The notes beneath the pieces are model-generated. The model did not search any database. It saw only the letters and a list, made by a program, of their open reading frames with translations, and had not been told where the DNA came from. Both the position numbers and the translations under genes were made by a program. From NCBI GenBank assembly GCA_963665775.2, contig CAXXTF010000002.1, positions 480,001 to 544,000 on the forward strand: 64,000 nt of DNA, read 5' to 3'. Below are positions 55,672 through 64,000 of the stretch, in pieces; the first letter of the stretch is position 1; every line of letters begins with the position of its first letter. Source of the stretch: Dehalococcoidia bacterium (GTDB taxonomy: Bacteria > Chloroflexota > Dehalococcoidia > SM23-28-2 > RBG-16-64-32).

Positions 55672-57963
55672 ATGGAACAAGAGACGGTAACGCGCCAGGG
55701 ATACCGGACGGTGGGTAAACCGGTACCCCGCATCGATGGCGTCGGCAAGGTAACCGGACGAACGCTCTATACAGATGACATGGTGCTGCCGCGAATGCTC
55801 CACGCCAAGGTACTGGGGAGCCTACACGCCCACGCTCGCATCAGCTCTATCGACGCAACGGCGGCGCGCAACCACCCGGGCGTGGAGGCGGTCGTCACGG
55901 CTGCGGAGCTGCCTCCTCACAAGAAGGACCCCTCGAACCGACGCCAGGTCATCTTCGCCGAAGGGGAGGTGCTGTTCTGCGGGCAGCCGGTGGCCGCCGT
56001 CTTGGCCGGCGATCCGCACGTGGCGGAGGAGGCGCTGGCGCTCATCAGCGTCGAATACGAGGAGCTGCCGGCAGTGCTGGACCCCCTCGCGGCGATGAAG
56101 GAGGACTCGCCGCTGGTGCGGTCACCCCTAGGCGAGGTCGACCGGTCGGAGGAGCGAGGCCACGTCACGGTGAACGTGGAGCAGGAGGAAGCGAAGGGGA
56201 AGGCCTCGAACACATCCGGCCAGATCTCGTTCACGCGGGGCGACGTGGAGGCCGGTTTCGGCGAGGCCGATCGCGTCGTGGAGGGGAGCTGGCGCTCAGC
56301 CATGGTACACCAGAGCTACATCGAGCTGCACTCTACTATCGCCGACTACGATGTCGCTGGGGAGCTGTCCGTCTGGACCAGCACCCAAGGGCCGTTCCAG
56401 ATCCGGGACGCTCTCTGCCAGGCCCTTGACCTTCCCCAAACGAAGGTGCGGGTGACGCCGATGGAGGTGGGCGGCGGCTTCGGAGGCAAGATCTACCTGA
56501 CGGAGCTGATGGTGGCGGCCCTGGCCATGATCGTGCGGCGGCCGGTGAAATACATCATGAGCCGCAAGGAGGACCTGCAGGCGGCCACCCCGTCGCCGCA
56601 GGTCGTCGTGCAGCTGAAGGCGGGGATGAAAGGTGATGGAACACTGACCGCCATCCAGGCCCGGCTCATCTACGATTGCGGCGCCTTTCCCGGGGCCCCG
56701 ATGCTCCCCGGCTGCCTGCTCCTGGGGGGTTACTACAGGTGCGCTAACCTGGGTATCCAGGGGTATGAGGTGATGACGAACAAGGTGAGCGTGGGGGCCC
56801 TGCGGGCGCCCGGCACCTACAACGCCACCTTCGCCATCGAGAGCGCCATCGAGATGCTGGCCGCAGAGCTGGGCCTCGATCCCCTCGAGGCGCGCCTCAA
56901 GAACGTCGTCGAAGAGGGGGACCCGCTGCCCAGCGGTCAGCCCTATCCCAGGATCGGTGCCCGGCAGTGCCTGGAGGCGATCGGCGATAGCGCTATCTGG
57001 AAAGAGCGCTCGGAGAGCAGGAAACGGCCCCACACGGGCGTCGGCCTCGCTCTGGGCGGTTGGCTGGGCGGCCTCCAGCCGTCGACCGCTACCGTGCAGC
57101 TCAACGGGGACGGCACGATCAGCGTGATCGTGGGGGCGGCGGACATCACGGGAACGAACACCTCCTTCGCCCAGATAGCGGCAGAGGAGCTGAACGTACC
57201 CCTGTCGATGGTTAACGCCGCCACTGGCGATACCAAGACGGCACCGTACGCGGGCATCAGCGCCGGCAGCAAGACGACCTTCATCGTGGGTCGTGCCGTC
57301 AAGGCCGCGGCGGAGCAGGCCCGAGAGCAGATTCTGGCGATCGCCGCAAACCCGCTGGAGGCAGCGCCGGAAGAGCTGGAGATGGCGGACGGTGTGGTGC
57401 GGGTGAAGGGGAACGAGGAGAAGAGCCTGACCTTCGCCCGTATCGGCACGATGAGCACGGCCTTCGCCGCCCGCTACGCCCCGGTCATGGGGACGGGGAC
57501 GGTGGCCGCCAGCAAGCAGGCGCCGGGATTCACGGTTCAGACCGCGGAGGTTGAGGTGGACCCGGAAACGGGGATCGTGACCGTCCTGCGATACGCCATA
57601 GCCCAGGACGTCGGTTTCGCCATCAATCCGCTGTCCGTCGCCGGTCAGATGCAGGGCGGGGCCAGTCAGGGGTTGGGCGTCGCTCTCTCCGAGGAGATGC
57701 AGTACGACGAGAAGGGGCGCCTGCTGAATCCGAACCTGCTTGACTACCGGCTGCCCACAACACAGGACCTGCCGCCTATCGAGGCGATCATCGTGGAGGT
57801 GCCTTCGGAGGACGGGCCCTACGGCGCGCGCATCGTCGGCGAGCCGTCCATCGTGGCTGGCCCGGCGGCTGTCGCCAACGCGGTGGCCGACGCCATCGGC
57901 ACCAGGGTGCACGAGGTGCCCATCACGCCGGAGCGGGTGCTGCGGGCCCTCGGAAAGTGGTAG
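55672..57963 (+). CDS. Xanthine dehydrogenase family molybdopterin-binding subunit
   Basis: KVTG...Y.DD, HAHARI, GGGFGGK, active-site loop GALRAPG, Q..GG, GP.GA..VGE. Confidence 0.95.
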   Translation: MEQETVTRQGYRTVGKPVPRIDGVGKVTGRTLYTDDMVLPRMLHAKVLGSLHAHARISSIDATAARNHPGVEAVVTAAELPPHKKDPSNRRQVIFAEGEVLFCGQPVAAVLAGDPHVAEEALALISVEYEELPAVLDPLAAMKEDSPLVRSPLGEVDRSEERGHVTVNVEQEEAKGKASNTSGQISFTRGDVEAGFGEADRVVEGSWRSAMVHQSYIELHSTIADYDVAGELSVWTSTQGPFQIRDALCQALDLPQTKVRVTPMEVGGGFGGKIYLTELMVAALAMIVRRPVKYIMSRKEDLQAATPSPQVVVQLKAGMKGDGTLTAIQARLIYDCGAFPGAPMLPGCLLLGGYYRCANLGIQGYEVMTNKVSVGALRAPGTYNATFAIESAIEMLAAELGLDPLEARLKNVVEEGDPLPSGQPYPRIGARQCLEAIGDSAIWKERSESRKRPHTGVGLALGGWLGGLQPSTATVQLNGDGTISVIVGAADITGTNTSFAQIAAEELNVPLSMVNAATGDTKTAPYAGISAGSKTTFIVGRAVKAAAEQAREQILAIAANPLEAAPEELEMADGVVRVKGNEEKSLTFARIGTMSTAFAARYAPVMGTGTVAASKQAPGFTVQTAEVEVDPETGIVTVLRYAIAQDVGFAINPLSVAGQMQGGASQGLGVALSEEMQYDEKGRLLNPNLLDYRLPTTQDLPPIEAIIVEVPSEDGPYGARIVGEPSIVAGPAAVANAVADAIGTRVHEVPITPERVLRALGKW

Positions 57964-57969
57964 GCAGCC

Positions 57970-58563
57970 ATGGCCGTGGCTGCTATCCTCCTGGCGGCTG
58001 GCGAGTCCTCTCGGATGGGGACGCCCAAGCCGCTGTTAGAATGGGGTGGCTGCACCCTCATCGAGTACCAGATAGCACAGCTTAAGGGTTCGCCTGTGGA
58101 CAGGGTCGTGGTGGTGTTGGGCAGCCGCGCCGATGAGGTGCAGCCCGTGGTCCGAAGGGCAGGTGCCCGGGCAGTGATCAACGAGCTCTACACGGAAGGC
58201 CGCGCCTCTTCGGTGCGGCTGGGAGCCGCAGCCCTTGGAGAGGCGACGGAAACGGTGCTGCTGCTAAACGTCGACCAGCCGCGGCCGCATCGGGTAATCG
58301 AGCGGATCGTGACGGAGCATCAGCGCCGGGGGAGCCTGATCAGCGTGCCGATATTCCAGGGAAAACGGGGCCATCCGCCGGTGCTAAACGGGTCGCTATT
58401 GGGCGAGCTGCGGGAGGTGCGAGAGGCCACCCAAGGGCTTCGCGGTCTGTTGCGGCAGCACGAGGCGCAGATAAGCGAGGTCGCCTTCGAGTCAGACATC
58501 GTTCTGCTGGACGTGAACCGGCCCGACGAATACGAGAGGGCGAGGACCAGCTATTTTCGGTAG
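57970..58563 (+). CDS. MocA-like nucleotidyltransferase (MCD synthesis)
   Basis: LLAAG.SSRMG.PK.LL, VDQP, G.RGHP, DVN.P..Y; follows the XDH genes. Confidence 0.88.
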   Translation: MAVAAILLAAGESSRMGTPKPLLEWGGCTLIEYQIAQLKGSPVDRVVVVLGSRADEVQPVVRRAGARAVINELYTEGRASSVRLGAAALGEATETVLLLNVDQPRPHRVIERIVTEHQRRGSLISVPIFQGKRGHPPVLNGSLLGELREVREATQGLRGLLRQHEAQISEVAFESDIVLLDVNRPDEYERARTSYFR

Positions 58564-58571
58564 GTGGTCCT

Positions 58572-58857
58572 ATACGAGAAACCAGCGAGTACGAGATCCT
58601 TTCGCACGTGGCGATGCCAGAGTGCAGCATCCGCATCATCGGGATGAGAGAGACCGAGCGCGTGGCCGCGCACTACCACGAGAAGTGCACCCAGATCTAC
58701 ACGGTGCTGGAGCACACCTGCCGCCTTTGCCCCTACGAGACGGTACGCATCGAGCAGGGGACGGTACATAGCGTTCGCGCCGCGGGCGGCACGGCCCCGG
58801 TTCCTGAGCCTCTCGGTACCACTGTTGGAGCGCGAGGACCAGCACGTCGCCGAGTAG
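58572..58857 (+). pseudogene. Degraded cupin gene
   Basis: H.H...QIY.VLE...[gap]...GTVH, with a frameshift to RFLSLSVPL...*; the start codon position reads ATA. Confidence 0.6.
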
Positions 58858-58957
58858 GGTGGGCTAGGGCTTCCGAAGCATGGGGCAGACCCGTCCCCCC
58901 TCTCTCTGTAGACACTCGGCCCCCTGGACGGCAGAATAGGGAGAAGGATTTCACCCT

Positions 58958-59689
58958 ATGCTGGAATTGACGTTTTTGGGCTCCGGCAACGCCTTCACCC
59001 AGGACGATCGCTACTGGAGCTTCTTCCTGGCGGAGAAGCGGTACCTGTTCGACGCGCCGCCTACCATCTTGCCCCACCTAAAGCGGCTGCGGGTGCCCCT
59101 GGCTGGATTGGAGGTGATATTCATCAGTCACTTCCACGGCGACCACTTTATGGGATTGCCTTTCCTGTTCCTGGAGTACGCTCACCTCACGGAGCGCAGG
59201 ACCGACCTGTTCATCGTTGGGCCGCCGGGCGTCCAGGAGGCGATGGAAAAGTTCGCCAACCTCTGCTACCCGGGGATCACAGACGAGGTCGGCCACCGAC
59301 GACGCTATCTGGACTCGACTCCCGGTCGCGATCAGGTAGCGGGGCGCTTGACATTTCAGGCGGTCCCCATGAACCACGTTCGGAATCGACTGGAGTGCTT
59401 CGGCTATCGCGTCGATATTGGCGGCAAGCGAGTCGCTTACACCGGGGACACGATGTTCTGCGAGGAGATCTTCGAGCTCGCCCAGGGCGCAGACGTCCTG
59501 GTGCTGGACTGTACCTATAGTCAGGGGTCGGGTCCGGAGCACCTGGGCCTGGACGAGATCAAGACGATTCGTGAGCGAGTGCCGCCGGAGACCGCCATCA
59601 TCCTCACCCACCTGGACGGCGAGCCGGCTACCGGGAACCTGCCGAACGTCATAGTGGCCCAGGATATGGCCACCTACCGCTTCGCCTAG
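58958..59689 (+). CDS. MBL-fold metallo-hydrolase (RNase Z-like)
   Basis: FLGSG, SHFHGDH, YTGDT, H...THL. Confidence 0.9.
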   Translation: MLELTFLGSGNAFTQDDRYWSFFLAEKRYLFDAPPTILPHLKRLRVPLAGLEVIFISHFHGDHFMGLPFLFLEYAHLTERRTDLFIVGPPGVQEAMEKFANLCYPGITDEVGHRRRYLDSTPGRDQVAGRLTFQAVPMNHVRNRLECFGYRVDIGGKRVAYTGDTMFCEEIFELAQGADVLVLDCTYSQGSGPEHLGLDEIKTIRERVPPETAIILTHLDGEPATGNLPNVIVAQDMATYRFA

Positions 59690-59692
59690 ACC

Positions 59693-60676
59693 ATGACGAC
59701 TCTCGCTGTGCTGGGTGCTGGCAGTGCGGGTACGGCCCTGGCCCAGGTGGCGGCGGGGAACGGCCATTCGGTGCGCCTCTGGAGCGCTGAGACCGCCGTC
59801 CTCGAGGAGATACGAGCGCAGCGCACCAACAGCAGGTACTTGCCGGACGTCAGCCTACACGAAGGGATAGCGGTGTCCTGGGGGCTGGCCGAGGCGCTGG
59901 CCGGGGCGGAGATCGCGATCGTCAGCGTGCCCACCCATGCTGTACGCGCGGTTGTTCGGGAGGCGGCCCCCTATCTGACCGGTGGGCCCGTCGTGCACAA
60001 CGTGGCCAAGGGGCTGGAGGAGGACACGGACCTACGCATGAGTGAGGTGATGGGCCAGGAGCTGGGGGCCGGAGCCCGCATCGCCAGCATGGGCGGCCCG
60101 GCGATAGCGACCGAGTTCGCCAGGGAGGTGCCCACGGCTGTCATCGTGGCGTCCGCACCCCTAAACACGGCGGCCGCTGTTCAGCAGGCGTTCCAGAACG
60201 ATCACTTCAAGATGGAGACCAGCGACGATATGGTTGGCGTGGAGCTGGGGGCCACCTTTAAGAACGTGTACGCGATCGCCATGGGCATGTGTGATGGCCT
60301 CGGTTACGGCACGAACACCAAGGCGTTCGTTGCTACCCTGGCCATCCACGAGATGGAATCGCTGATCACGGCCCTGGGCGGGGAGCGCCTAACCGTCTAC
60401 GGGCTGGCCGGGCTGGGAGACCTGCTGACCACCGGTTACAGCCCCCACAGCCGCAACCGGACCCTGGGCGAGAAGCTGTGCACGGACCCGAACTGGCGGC
60501 AGTTCGTCCGGACCCACACGGTGGAGGGGGTAGCGGCCTGCCGGTCAGCGGGCAAGCTGGCCGGCCGAGCCGGGGTGCGAACCCCTCTCCTGGATGTGGT
60601 ACGGGAGACTCTGTCCGGAGATAAGCAACCCGGGGCAGCGTTGCGTCGATTCCTGCGGCAATTCGCCTACGAATAG
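59693..60676 (+). CDS. gpsA: NAD(P)H-dependent glycerol-3-phosphate dehydrogenase
   Basis: GAGS.GTALA, N.RYLP, KGLE, GVELG...KNV.AIA.G, GLAGLGDL..T, SRN. Confidence 0.96.
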   Translation: MTTLAVLGAGSAGTALAQVAAGNGHSVRLWSAETAVLEEIRAQRTNSRYLPDVSLHEGIAVSWGLAEALAGAEIAIVSVPTHAVRAVVREAAPYLTGGPVVHNVAKGLEEDTDLRMSEVMGQELGAGARIASMGGPAIATEFAREVPTAVIVASAPLNTAAAVQQAFQNDHFKMETSDDMVGVELGATFKNVYAIAMGMCDGLGYGTNTKAFVATLAIHEMESLITALGGERLTVYGLAGLGDLLTTGYSPHSRNRTLGEKLCTDPNWRQFVRTHTVEGVAACRSAGKLAGRAGVRTPLLDVVRETLSGDKQPGAALRRFLRQFAYE

Positions 60677-60735
60677 AGGGCCAAGAGACGGATATATCCG
60701 GGTTACAGCGGCTGCGATACGGTCGCGTCCCGTGG

Positions 60736-61212
60736 TTAAGGCTTGTCCCGACCGTGGGCGGTCAGCGCCTCCTCGAGGGTGTGCCAGGCCAGCGTCGCAC
60801 ACTTAACACGCACGGGGAATTTGCGCACGCCGGTGAGCGACTCCAGATCTCCCATCTCGGAAAGGTCCACCTCATCGGAACCCCGCATCATAGCGGTGAA
60901 GTCGTGGAAAACGCCCTCGACCTCGCCTAGAGTCTTACCCACGATGGCGTCGGTCATCATGGACGCGGAGGACTGGCTGATAGAGCAGCCGGAGCCGCTG
61001 AAGGCGATATCGGTGACGGTACCCCCCTCGATCTGCAGGGCGATAGTGATCTCGTCACCACAGAGGGGGTTCAACCCATCGCGGCAGATGGTTGGGGAGG
61101 CTAGGGAACCGCGGTGACGGGGACTCCGGTAGTGATCGAGGATCACCTCGCGGTAGAGATCGTCCAGTTCGGCTTCCTGCCGGGCGTAATCTTCTGGATT
61201 ATCGGTCGTCAT
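60736..61212 (-). CDS. sufU: SUF system NifU-type protein
   Basis: LYREVILDHY..PR, NPLCGD, GCSISQSSAS, FP.RVKCATLAW. Confidence 0.95.
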   Translation of the reverse strand: MTTDNPEDYARQEAELDDLYREVILDHYRSPRHRGSLASPTICRDGLNPLCGDEITIALQIEGGTVTDIAFSGSGCSISQSSASMMTDAIVGKTLGEVEGVFHDFTAMMRGSDEVDLSEMGDLESLTGVRKFPVRVKCATLAWHTLEEALTAHGRDKP

Positions 61213-62437
61213 TGCTGAAGATCTCACGGACGGACTCGAGCCCATCCAGGAGACGATCCACCTCTTCCGCTGTGCTATATACGTAGAAGCTGGCGCGGGC
61301 TGTGCCGGACACTCCTAGGCGCCGCATCAGAGGCTGCGTACAGTGGTGCCCGGCGCGGATGGCGATCCCCTGGCGATCCAGGATAGTGCCTATATCGTGA
61401 GCGTGGATGTCGGGATAGTTGAAGGAGACAACTCCGCCACGCTCATCGGCCTCCAGCGGCCCGTAGATGGTCACATCCTCCAACTGGCGGAGGCGGCGGA
61501 GGCAATACTGGCTGACTTCAACCTCATGGGCGCGGACGTTCTCCATACCCAGGGCGCTGAGGTAGTCGATGGCGGCGCCAAAGGCGATGACATCGGCGAT
61601 GTTGGGGGTGCCGGCCTCGAACTTCCAGGGGATATCGTTCCACGTCGCCTCTTCCAGGGTTACGCGGCTAATCATCTCGCCGCCGCCCAGGAAGGGCTCC
61701 ATCTCCTCCAGCAGCTCGCGGCGGGCATAGAGGACACCGACGCCGGTGGGGCCCAGCATCTTATGGCTGGAGAAGGCGAAGAAGTCGCAGTCCAGGGCCT
61801 GGACGTCTACCGGCATATGGGGGGCGCTCTGGGCGCCGTCCACCAGGAAGATCGTCCCGTTGCGGTGAGCCTCTCGGGCGAGCTCCTTGACCGGGTTAAT
61901 CGTGCCCATGGAGTTGGAAACATGGGCAACGGCGGCCAGCCTGGTGCGGCCGTTCATCAGGTTCTCCATGCCGTTCAGGTCCAGCCTCTGCTGATCAGTG
62001 ATACCGATGTAACGAACGGAGGCGTCCTTCTCGTCGGCCAGACGGCGCCAGGGGATGAGGTTGGAGTGATGTTCCATCTCGGTAAGGAGGATCTCGTCCC
62101 CAGAACCGATATTGGCGCGCCCCCAGGTGTAAGACACCAGGTTGATCGCCTCGGTGGTGTTACGGGTGAATACGATACATTCCGGTGAGGGCGCGTTGAT
62201 GAAGGTAGCGATCTTAGTCCGGGACTCCTCGTAGGCGGCGGTGGCCTCCTCGCCCAGGCAGTGGATAGCGCGGTGGATGTTAGCGTTATACCCCTCGTAG
62301 TAGCGCACGAGAGCATCGATAACCTGACGCGGCTTCTGGGAGGTAGCCGCGTTGTCCAGGTACACCAGGGGCTTGCCATATACCTTGCGGCTCAGTATGG
62401 GGAAGTCCCTGCGGATGGCTTCAACGTCGAGCATCAT
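61199..62437 (-). CDS. sufS: Cysteine desulfurase
   Basis: YLDNAATSQKP, EHHSN, DGAQ, SSHKM.GPTG, FEAGTP, RAGHHC. Confidence 0.97.
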   Translation of the reverse strand: MMLDVEAIRRDFPILSRKVYGKPLVYLDNAATSQKPRQVIDALVRYYEGYNANIHRAIHCLGEEATAAYEESRTKIATFINAPSPECIVFTRNTTEAINLVSYTWGRANIGSGDEILLTEMEHHSNLIPWRRLADEKDASVRYIGITDQQRLDLNGMENLMNGRTRLAAVAHVSNSMGTINPVKELAREAHRNGTIFLVDGAQSAPHMPVDVQALDCDFFAFSSHKMLGPTGVGVLYARRELLEEMEPFLGGGEMISRVTLEEATWNDIPWKFEAGTPNIADVIAFGAAIDYLSALGMENVRAHEVEVSQYCLRRLRQLEDVTIYGPLEADERGGVVSFNYPDIHAHDIGTILDRQGIAIRAGHHCTQPLMRRLGVSGTARASFYVYSTAEEVDRLLDGLESVREIFSNDDR

Positions 62438-62438
62438 C

Positions 62439-62750
62439 TTAGTCCAGGGCGACGAGGATATCATCGCCCTCTACCTTCACAGGGTAGCCGTTCACGCCCT
62501 TTACGGCCGGAAAGGCCATGACCTCGCCGTTACGCACGTCAAAGCGGGCGCCATGCCGCGGGCACTCGATAGCGAAGCCGTCGAGCTCCCCGTCGCCCAG
62601 ATCGCCTCCATCGTGGGTACAGATGTCGTCGACGGCGAACAGCTCACCATCCACATTGCATAGGGCTAGTCTACGACCATTAGCCTGAAAGACGCGGACG
62701 GTGCCCGGGGCGACATCACCGGCCTTGCCTACCTTTACGAACTCCGGCAT
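62439..62750 (-). CDS. Rieske-type ferredoxin
   Basis: CTH...CPRHG..FD. Confidence 0.94.
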   Translation of the reverse strand: MPEFVKVGKAGDVAPGTVRVFQANGRRLALCNVDGELFAVDDICTHDGGDLGDGELDGFAIECPRHGARFDVRNGEVMAFPAVKGVNGYPVKVEGDDILVALD

Positions 62751-62777
62751 GGTTTCATCTCTCCAATCGACTCAAAG

Positions 62778-64000
62778 TTAGTCCGCCGGGAGCTTGCTGT
62801 CGATAGAGGCTCGCAGCTGCTCCTGAACGCTGGACAGGGGTATCTTTGCCATGACCCCCTCGAAGAAGCCGTCCACCACCAGCTTTTCGGCCTGGGGGCG
62901 GTTGAGGCCGCGGCTCTGGAGGTAGAACAGCTGGTTCTCGTCGATTTGGCCGATAGCGGCGGCGTGAGAGCAGCGGCGTATATCTGAGGCCTCGATCTCC
63001 AGCGGGAGGATGGGGTGGGCCTTGGCGCCGTCGCTCAGGATAAGGTTGCGCACGGTCTGGCCGGCGTCCGTGCCGCGGCCGCTCTTGCGGACGTGGACCA
63101 TGCCGTAGTGGACGGACATCGCCCGATCCTTTATCGCTATTTTGAACAACAGGTCGCTGGTGCCGTTAGCGCCGCTATGCTCCTGCAGGGTCTGGTAATC
63201 GAAGTGCTGGTCGCCGTCCCCGAACACTACACCCAGAAGGTGGGCCGATGAGCCGTCGCCCTGGAGCATCGCATCGGTGTACTGCTTCGTCAGCCGGCCA
63301 CCGAGCCCCACGGCCAGGTAGTCCAGCCGGCTATCGTTGCCCAGATGGGTGCGGTGGGTGCCCAGCACGTAGACGTCGGTGCTCATCTGCTGGATGACTA
63401 CGTAGTGAAGGCGGGCGCTGGGTTGGAGATAGACCTCCACACCCGGGCAGAGAAGCGACGGCGAATCCAGGGAGGGCGAGCCGAAGTCCTCGATCAGCGT
63501 GACCTGCGCCCCGGGCTCGACGACCACGACGGTGTGAGGGAAAAGCGCCAGTGAAGAGCCGGACAGCCAGGTGGTGGCCCGCAGCGGAAGGCTGACCTCC
63601 ACCCCCTTCGGCACGTAGAGGAAGGCCCCACCGCTGAACAGGGCGGCGTTGAGGGCAGCGAACTTGCCCCGCGATGGCGGGAACGCTTCTCCCAGGAGGT
63701 GGGGCCGAACCAGCTCCTGGCGCTGACGTACCATCTCCTCCAGGGAACCGAACAGCACTCCCTCCTCGCGAGCGGCATCATCCAGGGAAGAGGACACGGC
63801 TTCCGAATCGTGCTGGATCAGGTGGCCGGCGTTCACCTCGCCGGAAGCCGGGGCCGGCAGCGCCGCCGGTATCTCCGTGGCCGGGCTGTAAGGGAGCAGC
63901 TCATCGAAGGGGATGCCGCTGATATCGGTGCGGCGCCAGTCCTCGTCCTGGAGGGTAGGCATCGGTGTGGCCAGGTAGCTCTGCCAGGCCGCCAGGCGAC
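62778..64000 (-). CDS. sufD: Fe-S assembly protein SufD (5' end outside window)
   Basis: EDWRRTD, FAALN.A, beta-helix, P.LEI....CSHAA.IG.ID..QLFYL.SRG. Confidence 0.95.
   Translation of the reverse strand, partial: RLAAWQSYLATPMPTLQDEDWRRTDISGIPFDELLPYSPATEIPAALPAPASGEVNAGHLIQHDSEAVSSSLDDAAREEGVLFGSLEEMVRQRQELVRPHLLGEAFPPSRGKFAALNAALFSGGAFLYVPKGVEVSLPLRATTWLSGSSLALFPHTVVVVEPGAQVTLIEDFGSPSLDSPSLLCPGVEVYLQPSARLHYVVIQQMSTDVYVLGTHRTHLGNDSRLDYLAVGLGGRLTKQYTDAMLQGDGSSAHLLGVVFGDGDQHFDYQTLQEHSGANGTSDLLFKIAIKDRAMSVHYGMVHVRKSGRGTDAGQTVRNLILSDGAKAHPILPLEIEASDIRRCSHAAAIGQIDENQLFYLQSRGLNRPQAEKLVVDGFFEGVMAKIPLSSVQEQLRASIDSKLPAD

Noticed and set aside
56296-57912. Long antisense ORFs here and elsewhere (e.g. 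2940-4004, 24291-25589, 38554-39828, 42221-43456)
   Set aside because: Shadow frames of high-GC genes with clear family motifs on the opposite strand.
55672-57963. Calling the M-S-L cluster an aerobic CO dehydrogenase (coxMSL)
   Set aside because: It lacks the AYRCSFR/AYRGAGR active-site motif.

Overview
High-GC bacterial chromosome segment. Gene content points to Chloroflexota, probably Dehalococcoidia-like (inference): DUF5656-like membrane protein before mfd, long GreA, CxxC-x17-CxxC zinc-ribbon protein, Chloroflexota-type anti-sigma, LPxTG-like sorted protein. Most of it is housekeeping and cofactor metabolism: sucC/sucD, mfd, pth, greA, ctaA/ctaB, nadE, purB/purC, dut, ahbA/ahbB plus radical SAM, a tungstate/molybdate Tup ABC system with two binding proteins and a ModE-like regulator, a three-subunit xanthine-dehydrogenase-family molybdoenzyme, gpsA and the end of a suf operon. 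Two tRNA genes (Phe-GAA, Pro-GGG) each have a small accessory islet at the 3' end; the tRNA-Phe islet holds IS1380 and pentapeptide-repeat remnants. I saw no CRISPR array, rRNA, prophage or intact transposase. Main leads: (1) GreA fused to an integrase/Xer-like N-terminal core-binding domain; (2) an unannotated C-terminal selenocysteine plus SECIS in a TlpA/peroxiredoxin-like protein; (3) both tRNA genes have a 5' leader TGGT complementary to their own 3' ACCA; (4) an ECF promoter shared by the ECF sigma operon and a TIMP-like gene inserted between sucC and sucD; (5) a cupredoxin lipoprotein with one in-frame amber codon; (6) a structured 5' leader in front of the zinc-ribbon gene. All family assignments come from motif recognition by eye; no searches were run.
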